A DNA stretch of 27,403 nucleotides from Halalkalibacterium halodurans (GTDB lineage Bacteria > Bacillota > Bacilli > Bacillales > Bacillaceae_D), in contig NZ_SNUY01000030.1 in the NCBI RefSeq assembly GCF_004376175.1, positions 18,236-45,638 on the forward strand, in the 5' to 3' direction. The position numbers and the translations under genes are program-made. The notes beneath the pieces were generated by a model. It had not been told where the DNA came from. It saw nothing but the letters and a program-made list of their open reading frames with translations, and did no database searches. The number at the start of each line of letters is the position of its first letter. Within the stretch, counting starts at the first letter, position 1. Shown here piece by piece: positions 27,008-27,403 of the stretch.

Positions 27008-27403
27008 CCACCAAGCGAAAGCGCGGTAGGGTTTAAGCAAAATACATGAAAAAAGGGTCTCTCCTTGGTAGAATCATAGTCGACGAAAACCCGATTCAAA
27101 GGAGAAACCCTATGCAAAAGAATAACACAGAATATCCAACTTTAAAAGAACTTGAACAGCTAGTCTGGAGGAAGTTACAGGAAACCTTCTCAAGTGTGAT
27201 GACCTCCATGTTAGAGGCATATGACGAAGAAATTGTGAAACAACGTGATAAGCAACGCTTTCATTATAAAGATAAGCGGCCTCTAAAAATAGACAGTTTA
27301 TTTGGTGAGATTGAGTTGAAGCGCTCCTACTATCGCGATCGTGAAACAGGCAAATATGTCTATCTCCTTGACCAATACCTACAATTCGAGGGGATCAAAG
27401 GGT
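27008..27403 (+). mobile_element. left part of an ISLre2-family insertion sequence (left boundary not resolved, right part outside the window)
   Basis: It contains the 5' end of an ISLre2/UPF0236-type transposase gene. I could not identify the terminal inverted repeat without the other end, so the start coordinate is only an outer bound. Confidence 0.5.
27112..27403 (+). CDS. ISLre2-family transposase, N-terminal fragment (runs off the window)
   Basis: ATG at 27112 follows AAAGGAGA. The frame is open to the window end and encodes MQKNNTEYPTLKELEQLVWRKLQETF...KDKRPLKIDSLFGEIELKRSYYRDRETGKYVYLLDQYL. The F-G-E-x-x-x-x-R-x-Y-Y-x-D-x-E-T-G-x-Y-V-x-L-L-D block is characteristic of this transposase family. 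Confidence 0.75.
   Translation, partial: MQKNNTEYPTLKELEQLVWRKLQETFSSVMTSMLEAYDEEIVKQRDKQRFHYKDKRPLKIDSLFGEIELKRSYYRDRETGKYVYLLDQYLQFEGIKG

Noticed and set aside
26800-27117. 105-aa minus-strand ORF upstream of treA
   Set aside because: It runs through the 46-nt terminator palindrome, the treA promoter and operator, and the transposase start. It has no SD and no recognisable domain. Its last 9 codons (MRKTMLFTI) form a tiny uORF in the treA leader, which I also consider coincidental.
1-27403. CRISPR arrays, tandem repeats, prophage, defence or biosynthetic gene clusters
   Set aside because: Reading both strands, I found no spaced direct repeats and no phage structural, integrase or restriction-like genes. 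I also found no multi-gene operon of unknown function. The only mobile DNA is the IS fragment at the right edge.

Overview
This is a Bacillaceae-type chromosomal segment with about 26 protein genes, mostly monocistronic and alternating between strands. From memory of B. subtilis, the gene order echoes the yfjO(rlmCD-like) - pdaA - yfkAB - yfkD ... treA - treR neighbourhood. A block of transport, stress, respiration and chemotaxis genes sits in between: a P5C reductase paralogue, MATE, OsmC, MFS, YtxH, an MBL hydrolase, an alpha/beta hydrolase, a YthAB-type cytochrome bd oxidase, an MCP, an LLM oxidoreductase and an alkaline phosphatase. The window ends in the 5' part of an ISLre2-family transposase. 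Several ORF-track starts were trimmed to the start codon with a plausible Shine-Dalgarno sequence. I found no CRISPR array, rRNA or tRNA gene, prophage, biosynthetic cluster or defence-like multigene island, and no convincing new multi-gene system. The leads worth a second look are local. (1) treA-treR has its own promoter with a perfect 16-bp palindrome in the spacer but no treP, and it sits next to a 46-nt terminator palindrome and the IS. (2) Two 48-codon genes missing from the ORF track lie in a 0.7-kb AT-rich gap; one looks like an FbpB-family small basic protein. (3) A transglutaminase-like gene is split by a 1-nt frameshift between its Cys/His and Asp catalytic residues. (4) A terminator-like leader hairpin lies upstream of the MFS transporter gene. 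(5) The uncharacterised conserved pairs DUF2243/CtaG-like and YfkAB/YfkD are present. All family assignments come from motif recognition by eye, not database searches.
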